A stretch of 62,270 nucleotides of DNA, counting the filler, from an uncultured bacterium (GTDB lineage: Bacteria; CAYJOG01), in assembly GCA_964371695.1 (NCBI GenBank). It is 7 parts of 7 records of this genome, joined end to end, with 100 filler letters (N's around TTAATTAATTAA, not from the genome) between each part and the next. Parts side by side here need not be neighbours in the genome. Positions count along the whole stretch, not along the records: positions 17,902 to 26,740 come from CAYJOG010000088.1; positions 26,841 to 35,637 come from CAYJOG010000089.1; 5 more parts are not named here. The stretch is one strand, 5' to 3'. The stretch's first letter is position 1; every line of letters begins with the position of its first letter. The notes beneath the pieces were generated by a model that searched no databases, was not told the DNA's origin, and saw only the letters and a program-made list of their open reading frames with translations. This document shows, piece after piece, positions 19,931 to 28,838 of the stretch. A program made the position numbers and the translations under genes.

Positions 19931-20167
19931 ATGGCTGCCACAACCGCCACCAGCAAGCTGACCCGGAAGTATCAGGCCACCATTCCGGAGCCGGTGCGCC
20001 GTTTGCTCAAGCTGTCTGCCGGAGACGCCATCGCCTTTGACGTTGACAGGGCAGAGGTGCGGTTGCGCAAGGCCCAGCCGGTGGATCTCGCCTTTGCCAG
20101 GGCGCTGGAATCAACCCTGGGGGAATGGTCCTCTCCCGAAGACGAAGCGGCTTACCGTGACCTTTGA
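19931..20167 (+). CDS. AbrB/MazE family antitoxin
   Basis: SKLTRKYQATIPEPVRRLL.L..GD.I.F; overlaps the toxin gene. Confidence 0.9.
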   Translation: MAATTATSKLTRKYQATIPEPVRRLLKLSAGDAIAFDVDRAEVRLRKAQPVDLAFARALESTLGEWSSPEDEAAYRDL

Positions 20168-20498
20168 ACCGGGCATGGTGGTGGTGGTGCCCTTTCCTTT
20201 TACCGACCGCAAGGTGGCCAAGCGGCGTCCGGCGCTGGTGATTTCGGCAGACAAAAACTTTCATCACACCAGCGACCACGTGGTGCTGGCCATGATCACC
20301 AGCAACCGGCACGACCCATGTCCGCTGGATGTCCCGGTGGGAGATCTTTCCGCTGCCGGGCTTGCCACGGCCTCGGTGGTGCGCATGAAGCTGTTTACGC
20401 TCGATCAACGACTGATTCTGAAAACCGTGGGCGAACTGTCTCCGCCTGACCACAAAAAAGTCAAAACCAGCCTGAAGAAACTTTTTTCAGTTGTTTAG
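20157..20498 (+). CDS. PemK/MazF family toxin
   Basis: G.VVVVPFPFTD….K.RPALVIS and LAMITS motifs. Confidence 0.92.
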   Translation: MTFEPGMVVVVPFPFTDRKVAKRRPALVISADKNFHHTSDHVVLAMITSNRHDPCPLDVPVGDLSAAGLATASVVRMKLFTLDQRLILKTVGELSPPDHKKVKTSLKKLFSVV

Positions 20499-20603
20499 TT
20501 CATTTTGAAGAAATTTGTGCATGTCCAAATCGTTCCCTCTCCCATGCAAAGCACGGGAGAGGGAACGATGGCAAAGTGCATAAACTTATAAAAAAATGAA
20601 CTA
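20496..20603. mobile_element. ~108-bp MITE with an internal CCCTCTCCC hairpin (copy 1)
   Basis: Perfect inverted repeat TTTAGTTCATTTT / AAAATGAACTAAA; second copy at 38849-38955. Confidence 0.75.
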
Positions 20604-21581
20604 AAACGCTGGGGGCTGGGGCACGCCTTCTGAGAAATAATCCGCCATGCCCACCTCCAGCGTGAAACGGGGCTGAAAATCCAGCAGGTGGGCGCGGGCC
20701 AGTGTCATGTCCGCCTGGGTGAAGGGCTGGTAAAAGGCGTAGGGGTTTTCGAAATAGTCCGGCTCCAATGACAGGTTCAGCACGGTGTTCAGCGCCGCCA
20801 CCATGTCGTTGAACGACCGCGCCTCGCCGCTGCCCGCGTTATAAACCGGGTCGGTGCCCCGGGCCATGGCCAGCAGCATCTGTTCCACCACGTCTTTCAC
20901 ATACACAAAATCGCGCTTCTGCTCGCCCGCCCTGAAAATGCGCGGGCGCTTGCCCGCCGCCATTTGCTGGGCCAGTTGCAGGGCCATGCTGCGGGCGTGG
21001 CCCTTGTGGGTTTCGCGGGGGCCGTACACGTTGAAAAACCGCAGGCCCACCACGTGCTGGCCCGCCCGGCGCGCTTCCAGCGCCGCGTCTTCGAGCACAC
21101 ATTTGCTGTAACCATAAACATTGGCCGGGTTGCGTTCGTCGCTCTCTTTATTCACGCCGCTGGAAATGCCATAGACCGCCGCGCTGGAGGCGTACACCGT
21201 GGGGCAGCCCAGTTCCAGCACGCGAAAAAAACCCTCTACGTTGTCGTGCAGCATTTGCCGGGCGTCATGCACCGTGGTGTCGGTGATGCTGGCCAAGTGA
21301 AAAACGTGGGTCACGGGGTTGGTTGCAAAAAGGGTTCGCAGGCAGGTGCGGCTCAGGTCCACCGCCCGCACGCTGGCCCGCACGCCGGTCAGGTTGCGCC
21401 AGTCGCTCAGGCGAAAATCATCCACCACCGAAATGGCCACCTGGGGGGCCGCCTGGGCCAGACGGTGCACCAGATTGGAGCCGATGAACCCAGCCCCCCC
21501 CGTGACCAGCACGTGGTTGCCCGGTGCATTGACCGGCGGGGGCAGATGGGGCGCGTAGGGGTCGGCGGGTTTGGTGTTCAT
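20601..21581 (-). CDS. hldD: ADP-L-glycero-D-manno-heptose-6-epimerase
   Basis: VTGGAGFIGSNL, YASSAAVYG, P.NVYGYSK, LRFFNVYGPRE.HKG and YQ.FTQADM motifs. Confidence 0.88.
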   Translation of the reverse strand: MNTKPADPYAPHLPPPVNAPGNHVLVTGGAGFIGSNLVHRLAQAAPQVAISVVDDFRLSDWRNLTGVRASVRAVDLSRTCLRTLFATNPVTHVFHLASITDTTVHDARQMLHDNVEGFFRVLELGCPTVYASSAAVYGISSGVNKESDERNPANVYGYSKCVLEDAALEARRAGQHVVGLRFFNVYGPRETHKGHARSMALQLAQQMAAGKRPRIFRAGEQKRDFVYVKDVVEQMLLAMARGTDPVYNAGSGEARSFNDMVAALNTVLNLSLEPDYFENPYAFYQPFTQADMTLARAHLLDFQPRFTLEVGMADYFSEGVPQPPAF

Positions 21582-21636
21582 GGCCGGTCAGTTTAATGGG
21601 AAAAAGCCTGGCCATGCAGCCAGACAGGGCCGGAAG

Positions 21637-24600
21637 CTACACCGCAAAATAATCGCAGCCGGGGTGGTGAAACACCACGGCGCTCACGCTGGCTTCGGGT
21701 TCCATCATGCAGCCCACGCCGATGTCTTCGGGGTGCAGCAGGCCAAACAGGCCCACTTGGTCTTCCAGATTGGGACAGGCGGGATAACCAAAGCTGTAAC
21801 GCTTGCCGTGATAACGGGCGCGGAAACGGTCGCGCATGGTGGTCTCCGGCGGGTCGGGATAACCCCACTCTTCGCGGATGCGCCGGTGCAGCCATTCCGC
21901 CGCTGCTTCGGCGGTTTCGATGGCCAGGGCCTGAATGACGTGGCTCTTGAGAAACGCCCCAGCGTTTTTGGCTTCTTCTGATTTTTCGCGCACACCGTCT
22001 CCCGCACTCACCACAAACAGGGCGAAGTGGTCCCGCACGCCATTCAGGGGCGGCAGCACATAATCGGCCAGACACAATCCATCCGGCTGGGCCTGCCGCT
22101 GAAAATGAAAACTGTGACTGGGCGCTGCGGCCCCCGGCTCGAACACGTTGAGCGCATTGCCCTCGGCCTCGGCCTCAAAATAACGCCACACGGCACGGAT
22201 CTTCAGCCAGCCCGCCGCCTCGGCCTTGACTTCTTCCACCAGGGCGTTCAGCTCCAGGGCCTTGGCGTCGCGCTCGGCCAGTTTTTTGTCAAAGCTGCCC
22301 TTCAGCCCCAGGTGGCGCACATAGAGCATCTGGGGGTTGATGTAGCTGAAAACCGTCTGGTGCTCCGGCATTTCAGCCAGCACCCGCCGCTCGGAATAAG
22401 GCAGCGGCGGGCGGGGAACATCCAGCCGCACCTTGCTGCTGCGCACCGCCGGGGCGGCGATTTTTTCGGCTTTGGGGGCCTCGGCAGCCTCGGCCACAAT
22501 GCGCCCACGGGCCAGGGTTTCGCTGCGGGTGTCGGGTGATTGCAGGGCGTTGAGTGTGCTCAGGCCTTCCATGGCGTCTTTGCAATACAGCACCGCGCCG
22601 TCATAGGCGGGGGTGATGCGTTTGCGCGTGAAGTTGAGCGACAGCGCCGCGCCCCCCACCAGCACGGGGGTTTCAATGCCCGCCTGCTTCAGGTCTTCGG
22701 CGGTCACGATCATCTGATGCGCACTTTTCACCAGCAGGCCCGACAGGCCAATGGCGTCGGGCGCATGCTGTTTGCAGGCGGCGATGATTTCCTCTGGCGG
22801 CACCTTGATGCCCAGGTTCACCACCGTGTAACCGTTGTTGGACAGAATGATCTCCACCAGATTTTTGCCGATGTCGTGTACGTCGCCCTTCACGGTGGCC
22901 AGCACCACCTTGCCCTTGGCGGCGGATTCTGTTTTTTCCATGAACTGTTCCAGATGGGCCACGGCGGTTTTCATGGCTTCGGCGCTTTGCAGCACTTCGG
23001 CCACAATCAGTTCGTTGTTGTTAAAGAGCCGCCCCACCTCGTTCATGCCGACCATCAGGGGGCCGTTGATGATTTGCAGCGGCGAAAGCCCCTCCGCCCG
23101 TTTCAGTTCCAGATCCGCCACCAGACCTTCCTTCACACCCTCAATCACATAACGGGCCAGGCGTTCATCCAGCGGCAGCGTGGCCATGGCGGGCTTCTCG
23201 CGCTTCACGCCGCGAAAGTGCGCCGTCACCCGCTGAATGTGAAACTGGTTGATGGCGGCACGCTGTTCTTTGGTCTGCTCGCGCCAGTCGGCGGGGGCGG
23301 TCACCAGCAGGTCGTGCTGGGGGTGGTCCGTGGGCGCGTCTGCAACCGGCGTGTTGAACAACAGGTCGCGGGCCATCTGTTTTTCGTCTTCGGGCAGGCT
23401 GGCGTAACGCTCCAGTTTTTCGGCGTTCACAATGGCCAGGTCCAGGCCCGCACGGGTGCATTCATACACAAACACCGAGTTCACCGTTTCGCGGGCCGTG
23501 GGCGGCAGACCAAAAGACACGTTGCTGATGCCCAGCACCGTTTTGCTGTGGGGCAAATGCTGTTTGATCAGCCGGATGCCCTCGATGGTTTCCACCGCCG
23601 CGCCGATGTAGTTTTCGTCGCCGCTGGCGCAGGGAAAAACCAGCGGATCAAAAATCAGGTCTTCTTCGGCCAAGCCATATTTCTGTGTGAGCAGCGCGTG
23701 GCTGCGCTGGGCGATGGCCAGCTTGCGCTCGCGGGTGAAGGCTTGGGCCTGCACCGGGTCTTCGTCAATGCTGCCCACCACCACCGCCGCGCCGTATTTT
23801 TTGAGCACAGGCACCATGATCTCGAACTTTTCTTCGCCGTCTTCGAGGTTGATGGAGTTGACGATGGCCTTGCCCTGAAGGTAAGTCAGCGAAAGCTCCA
23901 CGGCGGCGGGGTCGGTGGTGTCCACCATCACCGGGGCCTTGGGCGCCTTGCGGATCAGCAGGTCATAAAACGGTGGAATGTCCTGACTCTCGTCCCGCTC
24001 GGTGGACTGAAGGCACACGTCCACGATGTGCGCGCCGCCGCGAATCTGCTTGCGGGCAATCTCGGTGGATTCCTCCCACTTTTCTGCCGCGATGAGTTTT
24101 TTGAAGGCCCGCGAGCCGATGACGTTGGTGCGCTCGCCCACCAGCAGGGGGCGGTTGTCGTCGGTGGCCTCCAGCAGTTCGGTGCCGCAATAAAACGAGC
24201 GGTGGGGTTTGGGTTCCCAAAAGGGCCGGGGCCTGTGGGCGGCGGCCATTTCGGCGATGGCGGCGATGTGTTCGTGGGTGGTGCCGCAGCAGCCGCCCAC
24301 CACGTTCAGCCAGCCGTTTTCTGCATAACGCGACAGGGCGCGGGCCAGACTGGCGGGGGTCTCCGGGAAACGCCCGTCTTCGTCGGGCAGTCCGGCGTTG
24401 GGATAACAGGAAAGCGGCTTCTGGCTCACATCGTGAATGGAGCGAATGTGGCCCGTCATCAGGTCCGGGCCGGTGGCGCAGTTCAGCCCCAGGGCCAGCA
24501 GGTCAATGTGTTGCAGGCTGGCGGCAAAGGCCTCGGCGGTCTGGCCCGCCAGCATGGTGCCTGAGCGCTCGATGGTGCCCGACACCATCACGGGCAAACA

Positions 24601-25185
24601 CACACCGGCCTCGGCGCAGGCGTTTTGCACGGCGATGACAGCGGCCTTGGCGTTGCGTGTGTCAAACACCGTCTCCACCAGAAAAATATCCACTCCCGCC
24701 GCCAGCAGGGCGCGGGCCTGGGCCTGATAGGTCTCCATGAGTTCCTGAAACGTGACGTTGGCCTGCACGGTGATGGAGCGCGTGGTGGGGCCAAGGCTGC
24801 CCGCCACAAAACGGGGTTTGGCTGGCGTGGCGAACTCGGCTGCGGCCTCTTTGGCCAGACGCACGGCGATGGTGTTCAACTCGTCGCTTTTGCCTTCCAG
24901 GCCAAACTCCGCCAGCACCAGAGGCGTCGCGCCAAAGGTGTTGGTCTCGATGATGTCCGCACCGGCCTTGAGGTAAGCCCGGTGAATGTCGCCAATCCAC
25001 GCTGGCCGCGACAACAGCATGTTCTCGGAACAGTTCAGGAATTTGTCGCCGCCCCAGTCTTCTGGCGTGGGGTTGTGGCGGTGAATCATGGTGCCCATGG
25101 CGCCGTCCAGAATCAGGATGCGCTCGTGCATCAGCGCCAGGAGTTCCTGGGTGCGGGGAGAGGTTTTTTGAGAAGAAGCTGACAT
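21637..25185 (-). CDS. metH: Cobalamin-dependent methionine synthase
   Basis: ILDGAMGT, GGCCGT, VGERTN, KGDVHDIGKN, SGLL and RYSFGYPACP motifs. The ORF-track start (25728) overlaps an opposite-strand gene, so ATG 25185 is preferred. Confidence 0.96.
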   Translation of the reverse strand: MSASSQKTSPRTQELLALMHERILILDGAMGTMIHRHNPTPEDWGGDKFLNCSENMLLSRPAWIGDIHRAYLKAGADIIETNTFGATPLVLAEFGLEGKSDELNTIAVRLAKEAAAEFATPAKPRFVAGSLGPTTRSITVQANVTFQELMETYQAQARALLAAGVDIFLVETVFDTRNAKAAVIAVQNACAEAGVCLPVMVSGTIERSGTMLAGQTAEAFAASLQHIDLLALGLNCATGPDLMTGHIRSIHDVSQKPLSCYPNAGLPDEDGRFPETPASLARALSRYAENGWLNVVGGCCGTTHEHIAAIAEMAAAHRPRPFWEPKPHRSFYCGTELLEATDDNRPLLVGERTNVIGSRAFKKLIAAEKWEESTEIARKQIRGGAHIVDVCLQSTERDESQDIPPFYDLLIRKAPKAPVMVDTTDPAAVELSLTYLQGKAIVNSINLEDGEEKFEIMVPVLKKYGAAVVVGSIDEDPVQAQAFTRERKLAIAQRSHALLTQKYGLAEEDLIFDPLVFPCASGDENYIGAAVETIEGIRLIKQHLPHSKTVLGISNVSFGLPPTARETVNSVFVYECTRAGLDLAIVNAEKLERYASLPEDEKQMARDLLFNTPVADAPTDHPQHDLLVTAPADWREQTKEQRAAINQFHIQRVTAHFRGVKREKPAMATLPLDERLARYVIEGVKEGLVADLELKRAEGLSPLQIINGPLMVGMNEVGRLFNNNELIVAEVLQSAEAMKTAVAHLEQFMEKTESAAKGKVVLATVKGDVHDIGKNLVEIILSNNGYTVVNLGIKVPPEEIIAACKQHAPDAIGLSGLLVKSAHQMIVTAEDLKQAGIETPVLVGGAALSLNFTRKRITPAYDGAVLYCKDAMEGLSTLNALQSPDTRSETLARGRIVAEAAEAPKAEKIAAPAVRSSKVRLDVPRPPLPYSERRVLAEMPEHQTVFSYINPQMLYVRHLGLKGSFDKKLAERDAKALELNALVEEVKAEAAGWLKIRAVWRYFEAEAEGNALNVFEPGAAAPSHSFHFQRQAQPDGLCLADYVLPPLNGVRDHFALFVVSAGDGVREKSEEAKNAGAFLKSHVIQALAIETAEAAAEWLHRRIREEWGYPDPPETTMRDRFRARYHGKRYSFGYPACPNLEDQVGLFGLLHPEDIGVGCMMEPEASVSAVVFHHPGCDYFAV

Positions 25186-25290
25186 GGTGAGGGTCGTGGG
25201 GTCAGAGCAATCCACTTTTGGAACGTCATAAGATAAAACCAAAACCAGCACGCTGCGCACATTTCCCAAAACTTTTGTTATCATGAACCT

Positions 25291-25716
25291 GTGGTGAAAG
25301 GGCTGGCTAAGAAAAAAGTGGGGGTGGCGACGGTGAAAGAGTCTGCCGAGGCACTGGTGCAGCATCACCTGAAGGTGGATCCGAAAACCCAACTGATTCT
25401 TTGGGTGCCCGATGATTCCCCAACACCCAAAATCAGGCTTTTGGAAGTCACCCCCCGAACTTCCTACACCGGCGATTATTACGCTGTCGAATTCTCTCCC
25501 ACTGCGGAAATCCCGTTTACCACGGTGATCATGCTGCTGCATCCCAGGGAATGGGAAATGATGAAGGACGGTGTATTGGAATTGCCCGAAAGCTGGGGCG
25601 ACATGGAGGACTTGAAAAAACTCTATCCCAACCCCAAAACCCGGAAACCGGCCACAAGCTTGGCAAAGATCCGCCCCAAACCCAAAACCAGAGTAGTGGC
25701 AACAAAGGGAACATAG
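25291..25716 (+). CDS. Hypothetical protein, possible degenerate MNT-like antitoxin (start uncertain)
   Basis: Lies 4 bp upstream of the HEPN gene; IRLLEV…F…PF….LLHP.EW…G.L.LP..W pattern; lower GC than the flanks. Confidence 0.55.
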   Translation: MVKGLAKKKVGVATVKESAEALVQHHLKVDPKTQLILWVPDDSPTPKIRLLEVTPRTSYTGDYYAVEFSPTAEIPFTTVIMLLHPREWEMMKDGVLELPESWGDMEDLKKLYPNPKTRKPATSLAKIRPKPKTRVVATKGT

Positions 25717-25720
25717 CGCT

Positions 25721-26254
25721 TTGGCCACATCCAGAGACTGGTCAGACGCATTTTTGCGTCAAGCGCAGGAAGACCTCGCGGCAGCCGTGCATTTGGCGCA
25801 GGTCAACATTGCCCCCTCCACAACCTGCATGTTGCTTCAAATGGTGTTTGAAAAGCTTGGAAAAGCGGTGGAATTGCGTTCTCCACACCGCAAACATACC
25901 ATTTCAGAACTTCTGTCCGGCCACAATGTTTTCGACAACAAGTTCAAGGTACTGGACTCTCTTCCGCGTCACAACAATCTTTTCGCCACGAACTATCTTG
26001 GCCAAGGTGATGGGGCCGAACTTCAGAAAATATGGGTGCATGTTCAAGATTTGGCGAAACTTCACCCAACAAGATTCGGAGGCGATCCCAAACTGGAATA
26101 CCCTTGGGAAGACCCATCCTCGGACACGATCAAAACTCCCTGTCAAAATCTGCCTTTTGTGCGCCATTTTTCCCACAACACAAATGGCGTCAGAACAAAA
26201 CTGATCAAGCTTGCGGAAGAGTTGGTCAACCATTTTTCCACCCTTTATCCCTGA
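25721..26254 (+). CDS. HEPN domain-like protein
   Basis: W…FLRQAQEDL.AA..L…C.LLQMVFEK..KA, a His-containing segment, and LEYP (compare HEPN RYP). Confidence 0.65.
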   Translation: MATSRDWSDAFLRQAQEDLAAAVHLAQVNIAPSTTCMLLQMVFEKLGKAVELRSPHRKHTISELLSGHNVFDNKFKVLDSLPRHNNLFATNYLGQGDGAELQKIWVHVQDLAKLHPTRFGGDPKLEYPWEDPSSDTIKTPCQNLPFVRHFSHNTNGVRTKLIKLAEELVNHFSTLYP

Positions 26255-26266
26255 TGGACACGCTGG

Positions 26267-26599
26267 TCAGCCGCTTATTACCTGCCCCGGCGGCTCGTTC
26301 ATCAACACATACACGCCGCCGTTTTCTTCCACCACTTCAAAGGTGCGGATTTTGACGGCGGGGTTGCCGCGCATTTCGCCGGTGCGCAGGTGAAACTGCC
26401 AGGCGTGCAGGGGGCAGGTGGCATAACCGCCTTCCACCGGGCCTTCGCTGAGGTGACCCTGGCGGTGGGGGCAGATGTCGTCAATGGCGCACAACGCGCC
26501 GCCGTCGCGGTAAACCGCCACGCGCACCCGCTCAAAATCCCGCGCCACGGGGCAGACGGGGGTGAGGTCTTCGGCGGGGCAGATGAAAACTTTTTCCAT
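26267..26599 (-). CDS. Rieske [2Fe-2S] ferredoxin (NirD-like)
   Basis: CPH…L..G…CPLH.W.F.L.TG motif. Confidence 0.9.
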   Translation of the reverse strand: MEKVFICPAEDLTPVCPVARDFERVRVAVYRDGGALCAIDDICPHRQGHLSEGPVEGGYATCPLHAWQFHLRTGEMRGNPAVKIRTFEVVEENGGVYVLMNEPPGQVISG

Positions 26600-26740
26600 G
26601 GGTTTTTCCGTTTGCGCGCCCCTGGGCGCACAGGGCGATGGTAACACGACTTGTCTCAGCCCCCTTTTTTGCTTCTACACTGCGCGGCATGTCGCTGGCA
26701 GACCTGTTCATACCGTTTCTGCTTTTGTTCGCCCTGGCCC

Positions 26741-26840
26741 NNNNNNNNNNNNNNNNNNNNNNNNNNNNNNNNNNNNNNNNNNNNTTAATTAATTAANNNN
26801 NNNNNNNNNNNNNNNNNNNNNNNNNNNNNNNNNNNNNNNN
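26741..26840. other. Artificial contig linker
   Basis: N-run, TTAATTAATTAA, N-run. Confidence 0.99.
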
Positions 26841-26866
26841 GAACCCATCTCATAGACATTTATGAG

Positions 26867-28384
26867 ATGGGTTCTAGACTCCCCCCAATCACGCCCGCCA
26901 GCGCCAAACATGCCCTTTCGTTCCGTCACCAACTGGTGGCGGGGGTCTCGCTGCTGCTCATGGGACTGTGGCTCACCATGTCGTGGCTGGCCCTGGGCCA
27001 GTTGCGCACCACCTTCAAACGCCGCGAAGCCAGCGAGGCCACCCTGTGGCTTCAGCGCGCCAGCCGCGCCCTGCAACCCCTGGTGCTCACCGGGCGTTAT
27101 GCCGAGGCCGAGCGCCTGGCTCTGGGGTTGGTGCGCCAGCAACCTTTTTATACACACACCACCCTGCGGCTTTATCAGAACCCTCGCCAACCCGCCGCCA
27201 TGCCGCGCCCCCTGGTGTCCATCAAACAGGGCCACACGGTGGTGAGCGCCCCGCTGGTTTACCAGATGCAGATTCAGGAGGCGGGCGAAGAACAGCGCCA
27301 GGGCGACGTGCTCACCTTCCGCGAGAGCATCAGGTTTGAAGACCGCCTGTGGGGGCAGTGGACCATCACGGTGAGTGATCTGGCTTTTGCCGCAGACCTG
27401 GGGGCGAGCCGCGAGCGGTTTCTGCTGGTGGGGGCTGGCTCGCTGATGGTGTTTGTGGCGCTGATGGTGCTGTTGAGTGGCGCGCTCACCCGGCCGGTGG
27501 ATGAACTCACCGCGCTGGGTCAGCGGGTGGCCGAGGGAGACCTTTCCCGCGAGGCCACGCCCCGTGGTCCCGCCGAGCTGCAACAGGTGATCAACACCGC
27601 CAACACCATGCAGGCCGCCGTGCGCAAACGCGCCGAAGAACAGCAGGAGCGCCTCGCCGCCCTGCACACCCTGCAACAGGAGACCCAGCGGCTCAACCAG
27701 ATGCAGGGCGACTTCACCGCCGCCGTGAGCCACGAACTGAAAACCCCCCTGGTGAGCATCGAGGGTTACAGCCGCCTGCTGGCTGAGAACCTGGAAGGCC
27801 AGCAGGGGCAGGATGCAGAAAACATCCTCACCAGCGCCCTGCACCTGAAGGGCCTCATCAACACCCTGCTGGACACCGTGCGCCTGAGCCAGGGCGACCT
27901 GGCCCTGCACCCCCGGCCCACCCACATCGAAACCGTGCTGCGGGATTTCCGCCGCATGATCAGCTACACCCTCACCCGCAGCCAGAGTGAGTTTTCTGAA
28001 GACCTGCGCCTGCCGGACTTTCGTGTGCTGGTAGACCCTGACCGCCTGCTCCAGATCATCCTCAACTTGGTGGGCAACGCGCTCAAACACGCCCAGGGCG
28101 CGCCGGTGCGGCTCACGGTGCATCACGCCGACGAAACGCTCTGGGTAGAGGTGCTGGACGAAGGCCCCGGCGTGCCGCCCGATCAGCGCGAAGAAGTCTT
28201 CGCCCCTTTTGTGCAGGTGGCGGGGGCGTTGGGCAAACCAGAGGGCACGGGCCTGGGGCTGTTCATCGTGCGGTCGCTGGCGCGTAACATGGGCGGCGAC
28301 GTGACCGTGCAGAATCACCCCCAACCCGGCAAGACAGGTGCGTTGTTTGTGGTGCGCCTGAGCGCCCCCAGGGTGGATGCGTGA
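26867..28384 (+). CDS. Membrane sensor histidine kinase with HAMP domain
   Basis: Two TM helices, HAMP, SHELKTPL H-box, NLVGNALKH, DEGPG and GTGLGL motifs. Confidence 0.93.
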   Translation: MGSRLPPITPASAKHALSFRHQLVAGVSLLLMGLWLTMSWLALGQLRTTFKRREASEATLWLQRASRALQPLVLTGRYAEAERLALGLVRQQPFYTHTTLRLYQNPRQPAAMPRPLVSIKQGHTVVSAPLVYQMQIQEAGEEQRQGDVLTFRESIRFEDRLWGQWTITVSDLAFAADLGASRERFLLVGAGSLMVFVALMVLLSGALTRPVDELTALGQRVAEGDLSREATPRGPAELQQVINTANTMQAAVRKRAEEQQERLAALHTLQQETQRLNQMQGDFTAAVSHELKTPLVSIEGYSRLLAENLEGQQGQDAENILTSALHLKGLINTLLDTVRLSQGDLALHPRPTHIETVLRDFRRMISYTLTRSQSEFSEDLRLPDFRVLVDPDRLLQIILNLVGNALKHAQGAPVRLTVHHADETLWVEVLDEGPGVPPDQREEVFAPFVQVAGALGKPEGTGLGLFIVRSLARNMGGDVTVQNHPQPGKTGALFVVRLSAPRVDA

Positions 28385-28409
28385 GGATGAGGAAAAAAAA
28401 GAGCCGTTT

Positions 28410-28830
28410 TTCCCTCTCCCCTTTATGGGGAGAGGGTGATGCGAAGCATCGGGTAATGGGCGCGGGAGGTCTTTTGGGACTGCGGCAGCATATTGATGCT
28501 GCCGGGCGCGCCCAGCGGCGCGACAGCGCCGGGGATCAAGCAAGAAAACAAAAAACCTTTTTCTGTTTTCTTTCTGGTGGGGCAGGCGTCTCGCCCACAG
28601 CGGCTAACTTTCCCGGAGTAGCGGCGGTGTCCTCACCGCCGCAGAAACCAAAACCCTTTGCGTGTTTTTTTGGCTTGTGCGCGACGGGGGCGTCGCGCCT
28701 ACTCCAAAGGGCTTGTTGCGCGGTGGGGACACCGCGCCTACTCCTTCATTTTCTTGGGTGGCACGGACACTCCTGTCCGTGCGTCAGCCAAAAGACAAAA
28801 ACCTTTTTCTGTTTTCTTTCTGGTGGGCGG
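28410..28830. repeat. Cluster of several REP types between the kinase and regulator genes
   Basis: CCCTCTCCC…GGGAGAGGG; GTAGCGGCGGTGTCCTCACCGCCG; GCGCGACGGGGGCGTCGCGCCTAC; GCGCGGTGGGGACACCGCGCCTAC; repeated spacer AAAAACCTTTTTCTGTTTTCTTTCTGGTGGG. Confidence 0.85.
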
Positions 28831-28838
28831 GTGTTTTC

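Noticed and set aside
19931-20498. MazEF-type pair as a novel system
   Set aside because: Ordinary type II toxin-antitoxin module.
25186-25728. 181-aa N-terminal extension of MetH in the ORF track
   Set aside because: It is antisense to the gene upstream of HEPN; MetH homology begins near 25185.
28548-28830. Possible CRISPR array (repeats with spacers)
   Set aside because: The units are heterogeneous hairpins in mixed orientation with irregular spacing and no cas genes; they are REPs.
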